This document shows, piece after piece, positions 18,408-28,489 of a DNA stretch of 64,000 bases. A program made the position numbers and the translations under genes. Under the pieces are notes generated by a model, which saw nothing but the letters and a program-made list of their open reading frames with translations, was not told the origin of the DNA and searched no databases. Source of the DNA: an uncultured delta proteobacterium (GTDB lineage: Bacteria; Desulfobacterota; Desulfobacteria; Desulfobacterales; JAHEIW01); contig CAVPNL010000006.1 of the NCBI GenBank assembly GCA_963706575.1, forward strand, positions 448,001-512,000. Direction: 5' to 3'. Each line of letters begins with the position of its first letter. Positions within the stretch are counted from its first letter, which is position 1.

Positions 18408-19561
18408 TGGTCCTTAAGGGTCGCTCTTCCGACGACATTTTCACCAAATTTTTTACTGATCGAATCAAGGGTGTTGTCTATTTTTTCCCAATTATCACTG
18501 GTTTCTTCATTGGCATCAAACAGGCCTATTTGCACCGATGCGGTCACCGATGAAAACCCTGAGGTTCCCACACCGATCAGCCGAATTTTTTTGGTGGTTT
18601 TGTAATCATCCATTAATCGGGCTGCGTGTTTGTAAATGGTTTTTGATGATTGGGTGGGGACGGCAATGGTTGTCCGCCGGGTAACCGTTTTGAAATCCGC
18701 ATCTTTTATTTTGATGGTAATGGTTTTGGCGCGCACCCCCGCCTGTCTTAACTGCCGGGCCACTTCCCCGGATTGGCTCAAGAGGTATCGTTTCAGCAGC
18801 TTGGCATCGCGTGTGTCTGCTGCCAGTGTGCGTTCGCTGCTGATGGATTTGTGAGGCGCATGCGGCGTTACCCGGGAATCGTCGCTGCCGGATGAAAGTG
18901 CACGCAGGCGTTTGCCGAATTTGCCCAGGTGTTTTACCAGCGATTTTTCCGACAGTCGTTGGACATCGCCCAGGGTTCGAATGCCCAATAGCTCCAGCTG
19001 ATGAAACATCTTTTTGCCGACGCCGGGGACTTTTTTTACGGGAAGCGAATCAATAAACGTTGCGACCTGATCCGGCAGGATCAATGTCAGCCCGTCGGGT
19101 TTTTGCATGTCGGAGGCAATCTTTGCCAGAAATTTGTTGGGCGCCACTCCCACTGAGCAGGTCAGGTGAACGCTTTCTTTAATTTTTCTTTTAATTTCCC
19201 AGGCGATTTCCCGGGGTTCTCCAAACAGGCGCTGGCATCCCGTGATATCCAGGTAGGCTTCATCGATAGACACGGGTTCCATCAGGGGGGAAAAATCCCT
19301 CAGGAGGGCCATCACTTTTTTCGACACTTCTTTATAGCGGCCCATTCGCGGGGGCACAAAACTGCCGTGGGGGCATTTCTGTCTGGCCTGATAGATCGGC
19401 ATGGCTGAATGGATGCCGAATTGCCTGGCCTCATAGCTGGCAGCCGAAACCACTCCGCGGTTGGAAGTCCCGCCGACAATGACGCATTTGTTCTTTAGCC
19501 GGGGATCATCGAGTTGCTCCACGGAGGCATAAAACGCATCCATGTCGATATGCAGAATCAT
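18404..19561 (-). CDS. dinB: DNA polymerase IV
   Basis: ILHIDMDAFYASVEQ, SYEAR, SIDEAYLD and KPDG motifs. Confidence 0.96.
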   Translation of the reverse strand: MILHIDMDAFYASVEQLDDPRLKNKCVIVGGTSNRGVVSAASYEARQFGIHSAMPIYQARQKCPHGSFVPPRMGRYKEVSKKVMALLRDFSPLMEPVSIDEAYLDITGCQRLFGEPREIAWEIKRKIKESVHLTCSVGVAPNKFLAKIASDMQKPDGLTLILPDQVATFIDSLPVKKVPGVGKKMFHQLELLGIRTLGDVQRLSEKSLVKHLGKFGKRLRALSSGSDDSRVTPHAPHKSISSERTLAADTRDAKLLKRYLLSQSGEVARQLRQAGVRAKTITIKIKDADFKTVTRRTTIAVPTQSSKTIYKHAARLMDDYKTTKKIRLIGVGTSGFSSVTASVQIGLFDANEETSDNWEKIDNTLDSISKKFGENVVGRATLKDH

Positions 19562-19704
19562 ACGATTTTAGATTTTGGATTGCGGATTTCAGATTGAAAA
19601 AGATTTACTGATTGTTCTTATCCCTTTGCCCTATTTTCAGCACCATCTGTTAACCAGCAACTCATACCAAGTTCCGGTGACCAGGGGAAATCGCTTGCAA
19701 TTTA

Positions 19705-19748
19705 TTACAAAATTGTATAATTTTATCCGAACGTTGACAGATTCGTGA
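19705..19748. promoter_or_regulatory. Paired TTAC-N6-GTAA-like sites upstream of the sigma54 activator gene
   Basis: TTACAAAATTGTAT (19705) and TGACAGATTCGTGA (19735). Confidence 0.5.
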
Positions 19749-19785
19749 TGTTAACTTAATAAATTGTTAACTAGAATGTTAAACC

Positions 19786-21310
19786 ATGAAACCCATTGAA
19801 GAAGTTACGCTGCTCTACGAAATCACCAATGCGCTAAACGAGCATCTAGATTTGAGAAAGTCTCTATATAAGGTGCTGGATATCCTGTCGAATTCGCTGA
19901 ATATGGTGCAGGGCACTATAACAATTTTGAATCCCCTGCGCAATGAGATTAATATCGAAGTGGCCCATGGCCTGACTCAAAGCACCATGAACCGGGTCAA
20001 ATACAAGCTTGGAGAAGGTATTACCGGAAAAGTGATCGAAACCGGCAAGGCGGTTTCGATTCCCAAAATCAGCGAGGAACCGCTCTTTTTGGATCGCACG
20101 GCGACACATAAGAAAAAACAGGGCAAAGAACGATCATTTATCTGTGTCCCGGTCAAAAAAGGCAAACAGGTCATCGGCGCCCTCAGTGTGGACCGACCCT
20201 TTGAAAAGGCCTATTCGCTCAAAAGCGGAGAGAAACTGCTTTCGGTTATCGCGGCGATGATCGCCAGTCATGTTATCAAGCTTGAAACCATTCGTCTGGA
20301 AAAAGAACGGTTGCGTGAGGAGAACCGGCGGCTGCAAAACGTGCTCAAAGACAAATACAGTATCGGCAATATTGTCGGCAACAGCAATAAAATGCGTGAG
20401 GTTTTCCAGATGGTCTCGCAGGTTTGCAAGAGCAATGCAACCGTTCTGATTCGGGGCGAAAGCGGGACCGGCAAAGAGCTGGTTGCCAACTCGATTCACT
20501 ACAGCAGCCATCGGGCAAAAAATCCCTTTGTTAAGGTCAATTGTGCCGCTTTGCCCGTCAATCTGATTGAAAGCGAACTGTTTGGCCATGAGAAAGGTGC
20601 CTTTCACCGGAGCCATCAAACAAAAAATCGGCAAATTTGAGCTGGCTCACAGGGGCACGATTTTTCTTGATGAAATCGGATCTCTGGGGTTGGATGTTCA
20701 GGCCAATCTGCTGAGGATACTTCAAGAAAAAGAATTTGAGCGGGTCGGGGGACACCGGACTCTCAAAACCGATGTGCGCATTATCGCCGCCACCAATAAA
20801 AACCTGGAGAAGGCTGTTGAGGACGAGTCTTTCAGGGGTGATCTCTACTATCGGCTGAATGTTTTTCCGATTTATCTGCCGCCGCTGCGCGAGCGGAAAA
20901 CCGATATTTTGCTGCTGGCGGACCATTTTCTCGAAAAATATGCCAAGGAAAATCACAAAAATATAAAAAGACTGTCGACACCGGCCATTGACATGCTCAT
21001 GGAATACCACTGGCCGGGAAATGTGAGAGAGCTTGAAAACTGCATTGAGCGTGCGGTGCTGCTTTGCGAGGAGGGCGTGATTCACAGCTACCACCTGCCG
21101 CCAACCCTGCAAACCGGAAAGGAATCGGGTACGGTGCCCGCGCTCTCACTGGAGAATGCCGTCGCCAGCCTTGAGAAAGAGATGATTATCGACGCTCTGA
21201 AAAACACCCGGGGCAACATCACCATGGCAGCCGAAATTTTAAAGACGACCGTGAGGAAATTTGCCTATAAAGCTCAAAAGTATGGCGTTGAGTACAAACA
21301 TTATCGTTAG
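19786..21310 (+). CDS. GAF-AAA+-HTH sigma54-dependent activator (NifA-like architecture), +1 frameshift at ~20603
   Basis: GAF region, [14 protein letters not shown] and [10 protein letters not shown]. An extra T (GCC TTT CAC versus GCC TTC ACC) breaks GAFTGA; probably a sequencing indel. Confidence 0.88.
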
Positions 21311-21431
21311 AACCCATCACAATCCGCCTCCGGCGATCTAAGTGCTCGATCGCCAGAATGTTCGTTGCCGCCGGCCAAAATATACGGGTTGACTCTTCAC
21401 CGGTTAGGAAATGGATTTTCAATTCGTTTCG

Positions 21432-21470
21432 AAACAAAAAGCCCCGCTTTAACAAGTGGGGCTGTTTGTT
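21432..21470. terminator. Probable bidirectional terminator
   Basis: aaacaaaaagccccgctt...aagtggggctgtttgttt between the convergent activator gene and glnA. Confidence 0.65.
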
Positions 21471-21513
21471 TCAACTGGCAACCGGCTCAACCGCGCAGCG
21501 GGCCAACCGGATT

Positions 21514-22926
21514 TTAAATATCGTAATACAGATAAAACTCGTGGGGATGCGGCCGCAGTTTGATGTCGTTGATTTCATTTTCGGTTTTGTATTCGATCCA
21601 CATGTCGATGGCATCCTGGGTGAACACATCGCCTTTTAACAGGAATTCCTGATCGGCTTTTAAAGCCTCGAAGGCTTCATCTAAAGATCCGGGAGCCGAC
21701 GGAATTTCAGCCAATTCTTCCGGCGGAAGATTGTAAATGTCTTTGTCCAGCGGATCGCCCGGGTCGATTTTATTCTGGATACCGTCAATGACGGCCATCA
21801 GCATGGCTGAAAAGGCCAGGTACCCGTTGCAGGACGGATCCGGGGTTCGGAACTCGATGCGTTTGGCTTTCGGTGAAGTTGAATACATCGGCAGGCGGAC
21901 CGCGGCACTGCGGTTGCGGCTGGAATAGGCCAGATTGACCGGGGCCTCGAAACCCGGCACCAGGCGTTTGTATGAGTTGGTGGTCGGGTTGGTAAAGGCG
22001 GTCAACGCGCGGCAGTGCTTCAGGATGCCGCCGATGCCGTAAAGCGCTTCCTGGGATATTCCGGCATATTTGTCACCGGCAAACAGCGGCTGGTCTTCTT
22101 TCCAGATGCTGATGTGGGTATGCATACCGGTGCCGTTATCCTCAAACAGCGGTTTGGGCATGAAGGTGACGGTATGATTGTGGCGATAGGCCACATTTTT
22201 AAGCACATATTTAAACCACATGAGCTGATCGGACATCTGCAGCAGGGGCTTGAAGCGCATATCGATTTCGGCCTGTCCGGCGGTGGCCACTTCATGATGC
22301 TGGGCCTCGATTTCGATCCCCAGGTTTTCCAGGGTCAGAACCATTTCGGTGCGCAGATCCTGGAATTTGTCCATGGGTGGAACCGGAAAATAGCCTTCTT
22401 TGTGACGCGGTTTGTAGCCCAGGTTGGGGCCTTCGTCCCGTCCGGTGTTCCAGTTGCCTTCGATGGAATCGATCTCATAAAAGGCAGAGAAGCGGGTGGA
22501 TTCAAACCGGATATCATCAAAGATAAAAAATTCGGCTTCCGGCCCGAAATAGGCCACATCACCGATACCGCTGCTTTTTAAATACGCCTCTGCCTTTTGT
22601 GCTATATTTCGCGGATCGCGGGTATAGGCTTCGCGGGTGACCGGATCAACGATGTTGCAGATCAACACCAGGGTCGGGGCTTCATAAAACGGGTCCATTT
22701 TTGCGGTGGCTGCATCGGGAACCACCAGCATGTCACTGGCATGAATCGGCTGCCAGCCGCGAATGCTTGAGCCGTCAAAGCCGAAGCCGTCTTCAAAACT
22801 GGATTCTTCCAGTTCGCTGATCGGAACCGTAAAATGCTGCCATAATCCCGGAAAATCCATAAACCGCAGATCGACAACGACTGCGCCGTTCTCCTTGGCC
22901 ATGTCTAATACTTTTTTGGGTGTCAT
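21514..22926 (-). CDS. glnA: Glutamine synthetase type I
   Basis: [20 protein letters not shown] and RIEFRTPDP motifs; adenylylation-site region DIYNLPPEE. Confidence 0.97.
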   Translation of the reverse strand: MTPKKVLDMAKENGAVVVDLRFMDFPGLWQHFTVPISELEESSFEDGFGFDGSSIRGWQPIHASDMLVVPDAATAKMDPFYEAPTLVLICNIVDPVTREAYTRDPRNIAQKAEAYLKSSGIGDVAYFGPEAEFFIFDDIRFESTRFSAFYEIDSIEGNWNTGRDEGPNLGYKPRHKEGYFPVPPMDKFQDLRTEMVLTLENLGIEIEAQHHEVATAGQAEIDMRFKPLLQMSDQLMWFKYVLKNVAYRHNHTVTFMPKPLFEDNGTGMHTHISIWKEDQPLFAGDKYAGISQEALYGIGGILKHCRALTAFTNPTTNSYKRLVPGFEAPVNLAYSSRNRSAAVRLPMYSTSPKAKRIEFRTPDPSCNGYLAFSAMLMAVIDGIQNKIDPGDPLDKDIYNLPPEELAEIPSAPGSLDEAFEALKADQEFLLKGDVFTQDAIDMWIEYKTENEINDIKLRPHPHEFYLYYDI

Positions 22927-23098
22927 CAGATAGTTCCTCCTTTATGAAATTATTATTTAAATCTTAATGTAGATTTATTTGCTTAAAATTCGGCCAATCG
23001 GCAATGCGATGAAAAAACAAAGCCTTTATTTTACCGCACCCCGGCTCACCGTTTCTCTGTCTCTTCTGTTTTTTACCCTATGCTCCATGCCCCATGCG

Positions 23099-23476
<378 letters not shown>

Positions 23477-23502
23477 TCACAGACTAATGGTGATAATGAT
23501 TA

Positions 23503-24798
23503 TTAAATTTCGAAAGCTCTTTCTCCGTGGATGGAGCTGTCAAGTCCAGCGATCTCATTTTCTTGGGTGACTCTCAGGCCGCCGGTGATTAATTTGGTGA
23601 TATAAACAACGATCAATGTGCCGATAGCACTGAACACGGCGGTGCCGACAATGGAAACAATCTGGATCCAGAGTTGCTCGGGGTTGCCATAAAACAAGCC
23701 TTTACCGGCTTGATTGACAGCCGGATTGGCAAACAATCCGGTGGCCAGCGCACCCCAGATCCCGCATATTCCATGAACGCCAAAAGCATCCAGAGAGTCG
23801 TCATAACCCAGCTTATGTTTAACCTTTGCCACAAAGTAAAAGCCCAGCACTCCGGCAACCAGTCCGATTATCATTGCGGCCGGTAAATTGACGAAGCCGG
23901 CAGCCGGCGTAATCGCCACCAGTCCGGTGACGATACCGGAAGCCAGGCCCAGCACCGTCGGTTTTTTGTCCACCAGCCATTCGGCGACCATCCAGGCCAG
24001 GGCACCCATTGCCGCCGAGGTGTTGGTAACCAAGAAAGCCGAACCGGCGACACCATCGGCGGCCAGCTGACTGCCGGCATTAAAGCCGAACCATCCAAAC
24101 CATAAAAACGCTGCGCCCAATGCGGTGAACGCGATGCTGGACGGAAACATGGCTTCCTTACCGTAACCGATTCGTTTTCCAAGCACCAGTGCCAGAACCA
24201 GACCGGCCACACCGGCGTTAATGTGAACGACCGTTCCGCCGGCAAAATCCAGAGCGCCCATTTTGCCCATCCATCCGCCTCCCCATGCCCAGTGAGCGAT
24301 AGGGCAGTAAATGAATGTGACCCATAAAATCGTAAAGACAATCCATGACGAAAATTTCATGCGGTCAACCGCCGCGCCCAGAACCAGGGCGACTGTGATC
24401 CCGGCAAAGGTCATTTGAAAAAGGGCGAACACATAAGTTGGAATGCTTCCCGAAAGACTGTCTACCCCGATGCCGGCTAAAAACATATTTTCCAGACCGC
24501 CAAATATGCCGGCTTTGTCCGGTCCAAATGCAATACTGTATCCCCACATCATCCATATGACACTGGCCAGGCAATAGGCGACAACGGTCATGGCAAAGGT
24601 GTTTAACAGGTTTTTATACCTGGACATGCCACCATAAAACAAGGCCAAACCGGCTGGGGTCATCATCATGACCAGAGCGGTTGAGACGATCATCCAGGCG
24701 GTGTCGCCTGAATTTAAGCCATCCGCAGCAACAGCCGAAGACAAGGGAATGACGAGTAGAAATACGGCCGTCAACAGACATTTTGATTTCATTTTCAA
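23503..24798 (-). CDS. amtB: Ammonium transporter
   Basis: DFAGGTVVH, WFGWFGFNAGS and DDSLDAFGVHG motifs. Confidence 0.96.
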   Translation of the reverse strand: MKMKSKCLLTAVFLLVIPLSSAVAADGLNSGDTAWMIVSTALVMMMTPAGLALFYGGMSRYKNLLNTFAMTVVAYCLASVIWMMWGYSIAFGPDKAGIFGGLENMFLAGIGVDSLSGSIPTYVFALFQMTFAGITVALVLGAAVDRMKFSSWIVFTILWVTFIYCPIAHWAWGGGWMGKMGALDFAGGTVVHINAGVAGLVLALVLGKRIGYGKEAMFPSSIAFTALGAAFLWFGWFGFNAGSQLAADGVAGSAFLVTNTSAAMGALAWMVAEWLVDKKPTVLGLASGIVTGLVAITPAAGFVNLPAAMIIGLVAGVLGFYFVAKVKHKLGYDDSLDAFGVHGICGIWGALATGLFANPAVNQAGKGLFYGNPEQLWIQIVSIVGTAVFSAIGTLIVVYITKLITGGLRVTQENEIAGLDSSIHGERAFEI

Positions 24799-24870
24799 GA
24801 TTGTTCCTCCTGTTAAGTTATTTTGTCACAATTTAAATGCTGTTGGTTTTATTGGCGGCCAACGGGTCGG

Positions 24871-27492
24871 TTAAGCAGTTTTAAGCCTTTCCATGATGGC
24901 AGCTTTTATGTTCTTAACTTGATCCGGCAGGTCCACTTTTTGTCCATTCACATCCCGGACATAGAAAACATCCACGACCTGGTCCGCTTTGGTTGCGATT
25001 TTCGCCACCCAGATATTCAGCTCGCAGCGAAAAATGGCATCGGTGATGCTGAAGAGCAAGCCCGGAAAATCATAGGTGAACACCTCGATGATGGTAAAAA
25101 AGCTGGAACTGGTATTATCCACCGTGACTCGATGAGGCTTTTTGTCCAGCCCGACTTTGGCGTTGCGAAAGGCAGGCACCTTCTTTTTTAGCGCTGCAGT
25201 CAGGCTCAACTCGTCGCAGAGTGCGGCGCTAAGGTTGTCCGCAGTCTGCTGCCATTTTTCGTCTTCCAGGATCGGATCGGGTGGAGGCTTGACCTTAAAA
25301 ATATCCAGAGCGATATTATTGCGCCAGGTAAAAACCTGAACGTCCAGAATATCGATATTGTTTAACGTAAAGACACCGGCAATTTTTGAAATCAGACCGG
25401 GACGATCCTGGGCACAGATGGTAACAGAGCGAGTGTTGGCATCGGCGGCGTGTTCGATTTCCCATATAAATTCGGAATTGTCCGTGGACAGATCGTTGTA
25501 AAGCTTGATATGTCTTTCAATTTCATGGGCCGGCGTATATAAAAGATATCGCGGCGACATCACACCCAGCAGGGCTTCGGTTTTCTTTTTTTCTCCGGGT
25601 TTGCGGGCTGAACGCAGGATCTCCCCCTTTTTTTGCTCCACAACTTCGACCGCCCGGGCGGTGGCCAGTTCCCCCTTTTCCAGCACATTCAACGTTTTGA
25701 GGAAAAAATCTCTCAACAGCGTTGCCGTCCAGTCATTCCAGGCCATCGGCCCGGTTGCGATCGAATCGGCGACGGTCAGCAGATAAAGCATCTTCAGGCG
25801 TTCGATGTCCCTGATCTTGCGGGCACAGGAAATAGCGGTTTCCTCGTCGTGGATATCCCTGCGGGTAGCGGTTTTTATCAACAAAAGATGTTCCTGGACC
25901 AGAAAAATGACTGTTTCGATATCGGCGGGCGCCAGCCCCTTTTGCGTCAGGACGGTTTTGACGATTTCAGCGCCTTTGGTTGAATGATCTTCTTCAGATT
26001 CGCCCTTGCCGATATCGTGCAACAAAGCCGCCCAGAGCAAAAGCTTCTTTCGTCTCAATTTCCGGTAGATTTTTTGGCATAACGGCTCCAGGCTGCTGTC
26101 TTTTGCAGTGCCGAATTTTTTGACGGTTTGCACGGTGCGCAACAGATGCTTATCAACCGGATAAAGATGATACTCATCATACTGGATGCGATTGTGGACG
26201 CTGTCGAATTCAGGGATAAACTTCTCCAGAAAACCCGTGTTCAACATTTCATTGAGGGCATTAAATTTCGGCGCCGGGGCGACTAAAATCCGTTCGAATG
26301 ATTTAACAATCGGCTCGGAAGTCCGGAACGCCTTATCTGCGAAATGGGAAAATTCTTTTACCAGCCTTTTGGCCTCAGCGCTCAGGGGAATTTTCAGGCG
26401 CGCGCTTTCCTCAAATATCTTCATTAACAGCTCCGGTTTTTTTATTATGGATTCCGGCCCGCCGAAATTAAGCATTCCCCATTTGACCACTTCCAGGCCG
26501 TCAACGGCACTTTTTTTCTGTGATTTTCTTTTGCGCTTTCTTATTTTCTCGTAGCCCAGCTCATACAGAAACATCAGGTGCTGCTGCTTTAGCGCCTCCA
26601 TTTGCCCGTGCAACTCTCCCATAAATCTTTCGACCGGCGCCTGTCCGTTAATTTTCTTGTAGTTGAGTGACTGCGCGAGCTTGACCTGGTTTTCAAAATG
26701 CAGCTGATCACATTTGCGGCTGCAGACATGGTGCATCCGGTTGCGCACGCCCCAGATAAAGGCGATGGATCGGTTTAACGTCTGGAACTCTTCATGGGAA
26801 AGCAATCCCAGATATTCAAGATCTCTGAATTGTTTTGCATTAAACGCGATGCGCGCAATCCACAGCATGGTGTGATAATCTCTCAAACCGCCCTGGCCCT
26901 CTTTAAGATTGGGTTCAAGCAAATAGGCCGAATCTCCGAAATGGGCGTGTCGCATTTCATTATTTTCAACTAGCCAGTTGATAATATTGCGGGATTTTTT
27001 AACAACAATTCCTTCCCGCAATTGTTCCAGAAGATTCGCGTAGATCAGGGACCACCCGCAGACAAATCTGGCATCCAGCATTGGGGTCAGCACTTCATAA
27101 TCTTTGGCGCCAAGCGTCAAACACTCCTTCAGCGAACGGGTGGCATAGCCGACTTCCAAACCAATGTCCCACAAGGGATAAATGATTTCCTGGATCAAGT
27201 TTTCGGCTTCCTTTGGAACCTTCTTTTTGAACAGAAACAACATGTCGACATCGGAATGGATGCATTGTTCCTCTCTGCCATAGCCGCCCAGGGCAATAAT
27301 GGCATAGGGGTTTTTACCGATATCCATACGGGGACCCACCATGCTGGTTTCAAATGCCTGGCGGAAATAATCGTCCAGGAGCCGGGCATGCTGCTTTAAA
27401 AAGTCGGGTTCTTTTCCTTTTAGAAAGCGCGCTATTAAGGCTTGTGTTTTCTGCTGCAGCTCTCCGGCTGCTTGTTGGTGGACATTATTCAT
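24871..27492 (-). CDS. glnD: [Protein-PII] uridylyltransferase
   Basis: ALGGYGR...SDVD nucleotidyltransferase motif, NLKEGQGGLRD, HD domain (LLHDIGKG) and two ACT domains. Confidence 0.95.
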   Translation of the reverse strand: MNNVHQQAAGELQQKTQALIARFLKGKEPDFLKQHARLLDDYFRQAFETSMVGPRMDIGKNPYAIIALGGYGREEQCIHSDVDMLFLFKKKVPKEAENLIQEIIYPLWDIGLEVGYATRSLKECLTLGAKDYEVLTPMLDARFVCGWSLIYANLLEQLREGIVVKKSRNIINWLVENNEMRHAHFGDSAYLLEPNLKEGQGGLRDYHTMLWIARIAFNAKQFRDLEYLGLLSHEEFQTLNRSIAFIWGVRNRMHHVCSRKCDQLHFENQVKLAQSLNYKKINGQAPVERFMGELHGQMEALKQQHLMFLYELGYEKIRKRKRKSQKKSAVDGLEVVKWGMLNFGGPESIIKKPELLMKIFEESARLKIPLSAEAKRLVKEFSHFADKAFRTSEPIVKSFERILVAPAPKFNALNEMLNTGFLEKFIPEFDSVHNRIQYDEYHLYPVDKHLLRTVQTVKKFGTAKDSSLEPLCQKIYRKLRRKKLLLWAALLHDIGKGESEEDHSTKGAEIVKTVLTQKGLAPADIETVIFLVQEHLLLIKTATRRDIHDEETAISCARKIRDIERLKMLYLLTVADSIATGPMAWNDWTATLLRDFFLKTLNVLEKGELATARAVEVVEQKKGEILRSARKPGEKKKTEALLGVMSPRYLLYTPAHEIERHIKLYNDLSTDNSEFIWEIEHAADANTRSVTICAQDRPGLISKIAGVFTLNNIDILDVQVFTWRNNIALDIFKVKPPPDPILEDEKWQQTADNLSAALCDELSLTAALKKKVPAFRNAKVGLDKKPHRVTVDNTSSSFFTIIEVFTYDFPGLLFSITDAIFRCELNIWVAKIATKADQVVDVFYVRDVNGQKVDLPDQVKNIKAAIMERLKTA

Positions 27493-27536
27493 TTTATGCT
27501 ATGGCTCATTATGGTTAACTGAATCGTTTCTTGTTG

Positions 27537-27552
27537 AGCAACATGTATGCCA
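27537..27552 (-). promoter_or_regulatory. Sigma54 (-24/-12) promoter of glnD-amtB-glnB-glnA
   Basis: Minus strand TGGCATACATGTTGCT with exact GG-N10-GC spacing, 45 bp upstream of the glnD start. Confidence 0.8.
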
Positions 27553-27630
27553 TCAAGTCCCCATATGAAATAAATGAATAAATACAGATAGATGATAAGT
27601 CTTTAGATAGGGGAGCTGAGTGAGTGGTTG

Positions 27631-27675
27631 TTACAAATTTGGTAGAAATACGGAAAATATATTACAAAATTGTAA
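27631..27675. promoter_or_regulatory. Paired upstream activator sites
   Basis: TTACAAATTTGGTA (27631) and TTACAAAATTGTAA (27662), 31 bp apart, 80-125 bp upstream of the -24 element. Confidence 0.65.
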
Positions 27676-27803
27676 TATCAATTTTTTAAAATTGGAGAAT
27701 CAGGGAACGAATACGACGTCAAGATTATCGCAGGCTTTGTCCGGTCCACTGCTTAGGGGCTGGTCCACATCCGCACAGGAGGAGAAGGTGTTGGGGATGC
27801 GGA

Positions 27804-28328
27804 TTAATCACCCAGATCCCTGGCGTTTTCTTCAGCCAATTTCACCTTTTTTTCAGCTTCGATTGCTTTTTCTTCGGCGACCCTGGCCTGTTCCTGGGCG
27901 GCCTTGGCATCGTCGGCCGCCTTTCTCATCTTGTATTGATGGGCGCGCCGCATATATTCGTTTCGATTATGGGTCTCGATATATTTTTCGGCCGCTTTCG
28001 TTAATTCTTCTGCCTTGGTTCTGGCAATTTCCGCTTCTTTTCTGGCCGTTTCGGCCTCGGTTCTGGCCCGCCGGACTTCATCTGATTCCGGTTTGCCGGG
28101 TGCAGCCTCGGCTTCTGAATCCCGGCGCTGTCCTTCCTGCGGTACGGTTTCGTCCGGTTGGGGTTCATATTCTAATATATCTTTGACCCGGGCATTTTTA
28201 GGCGGCGGCTCTGCGGTGATGTGCATATTGCCGTCCTTATCGGTCCAGGTATAGACCTGATCGGCAAAAATCTCAGAATTTACTATACATAATAACAGCA
28301 GGCTTAGTCCCGCTAAAACGATTTTCAT
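27804..28328 (-). CDS. DUF4124-type secreted protein with coiled-coil tail
   Basis: Signal peptide then VYTWTDKDGNMHITAEPP. Confidence 0.8.
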   Translation of the reverse strand: MKIVLAGLSLLLLCIVNSEIFADQVYTWTDKDGNMHITAEPPPKNARVKDILEYEPQPDETVPQEGQRRDSEAEAAPGKPESDEVRRARTEAETARKEAEIARTKAEELTKAAEKYIETHNRNEYMRRAHQYKMRKAADDAKAAQEQARVAEEKAIEAEKKVKLAEENARDLGD

Positions 28329-28489
28329 ACTCAAATCCTTGTCTGCCTAGACGATTGGTTTTCAAAGATAATATTTAAATATAACTTGACCATGAATATC
28401 TGTCAATTCTTTGCCCGTAGACAACAAAATCAGACATTTTTCTGATTCAACAAGACAAGGCGCTCAGCTGGCTCAACGGGCTAAACCGG

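Noticed and set aside
20590..20615. Programmed frameshift in the sigma54 activator
   Set aside because: There is no slippery heptamer or stimulatory structure; one extra T in a short run is better explained as a sequencing indel.
19786..21310. Naming the activator nifA
   Set aside because: The architecture matches, but there are no nif genes in the window and the candidate binding motif differs from TGT-N10-ACA.
27620..28186. 188 aa plus-strand ORF
   Set aside because: It is antisense to the DUF4124 gene and overlaps regulatory sites; the composition is not protein-like.
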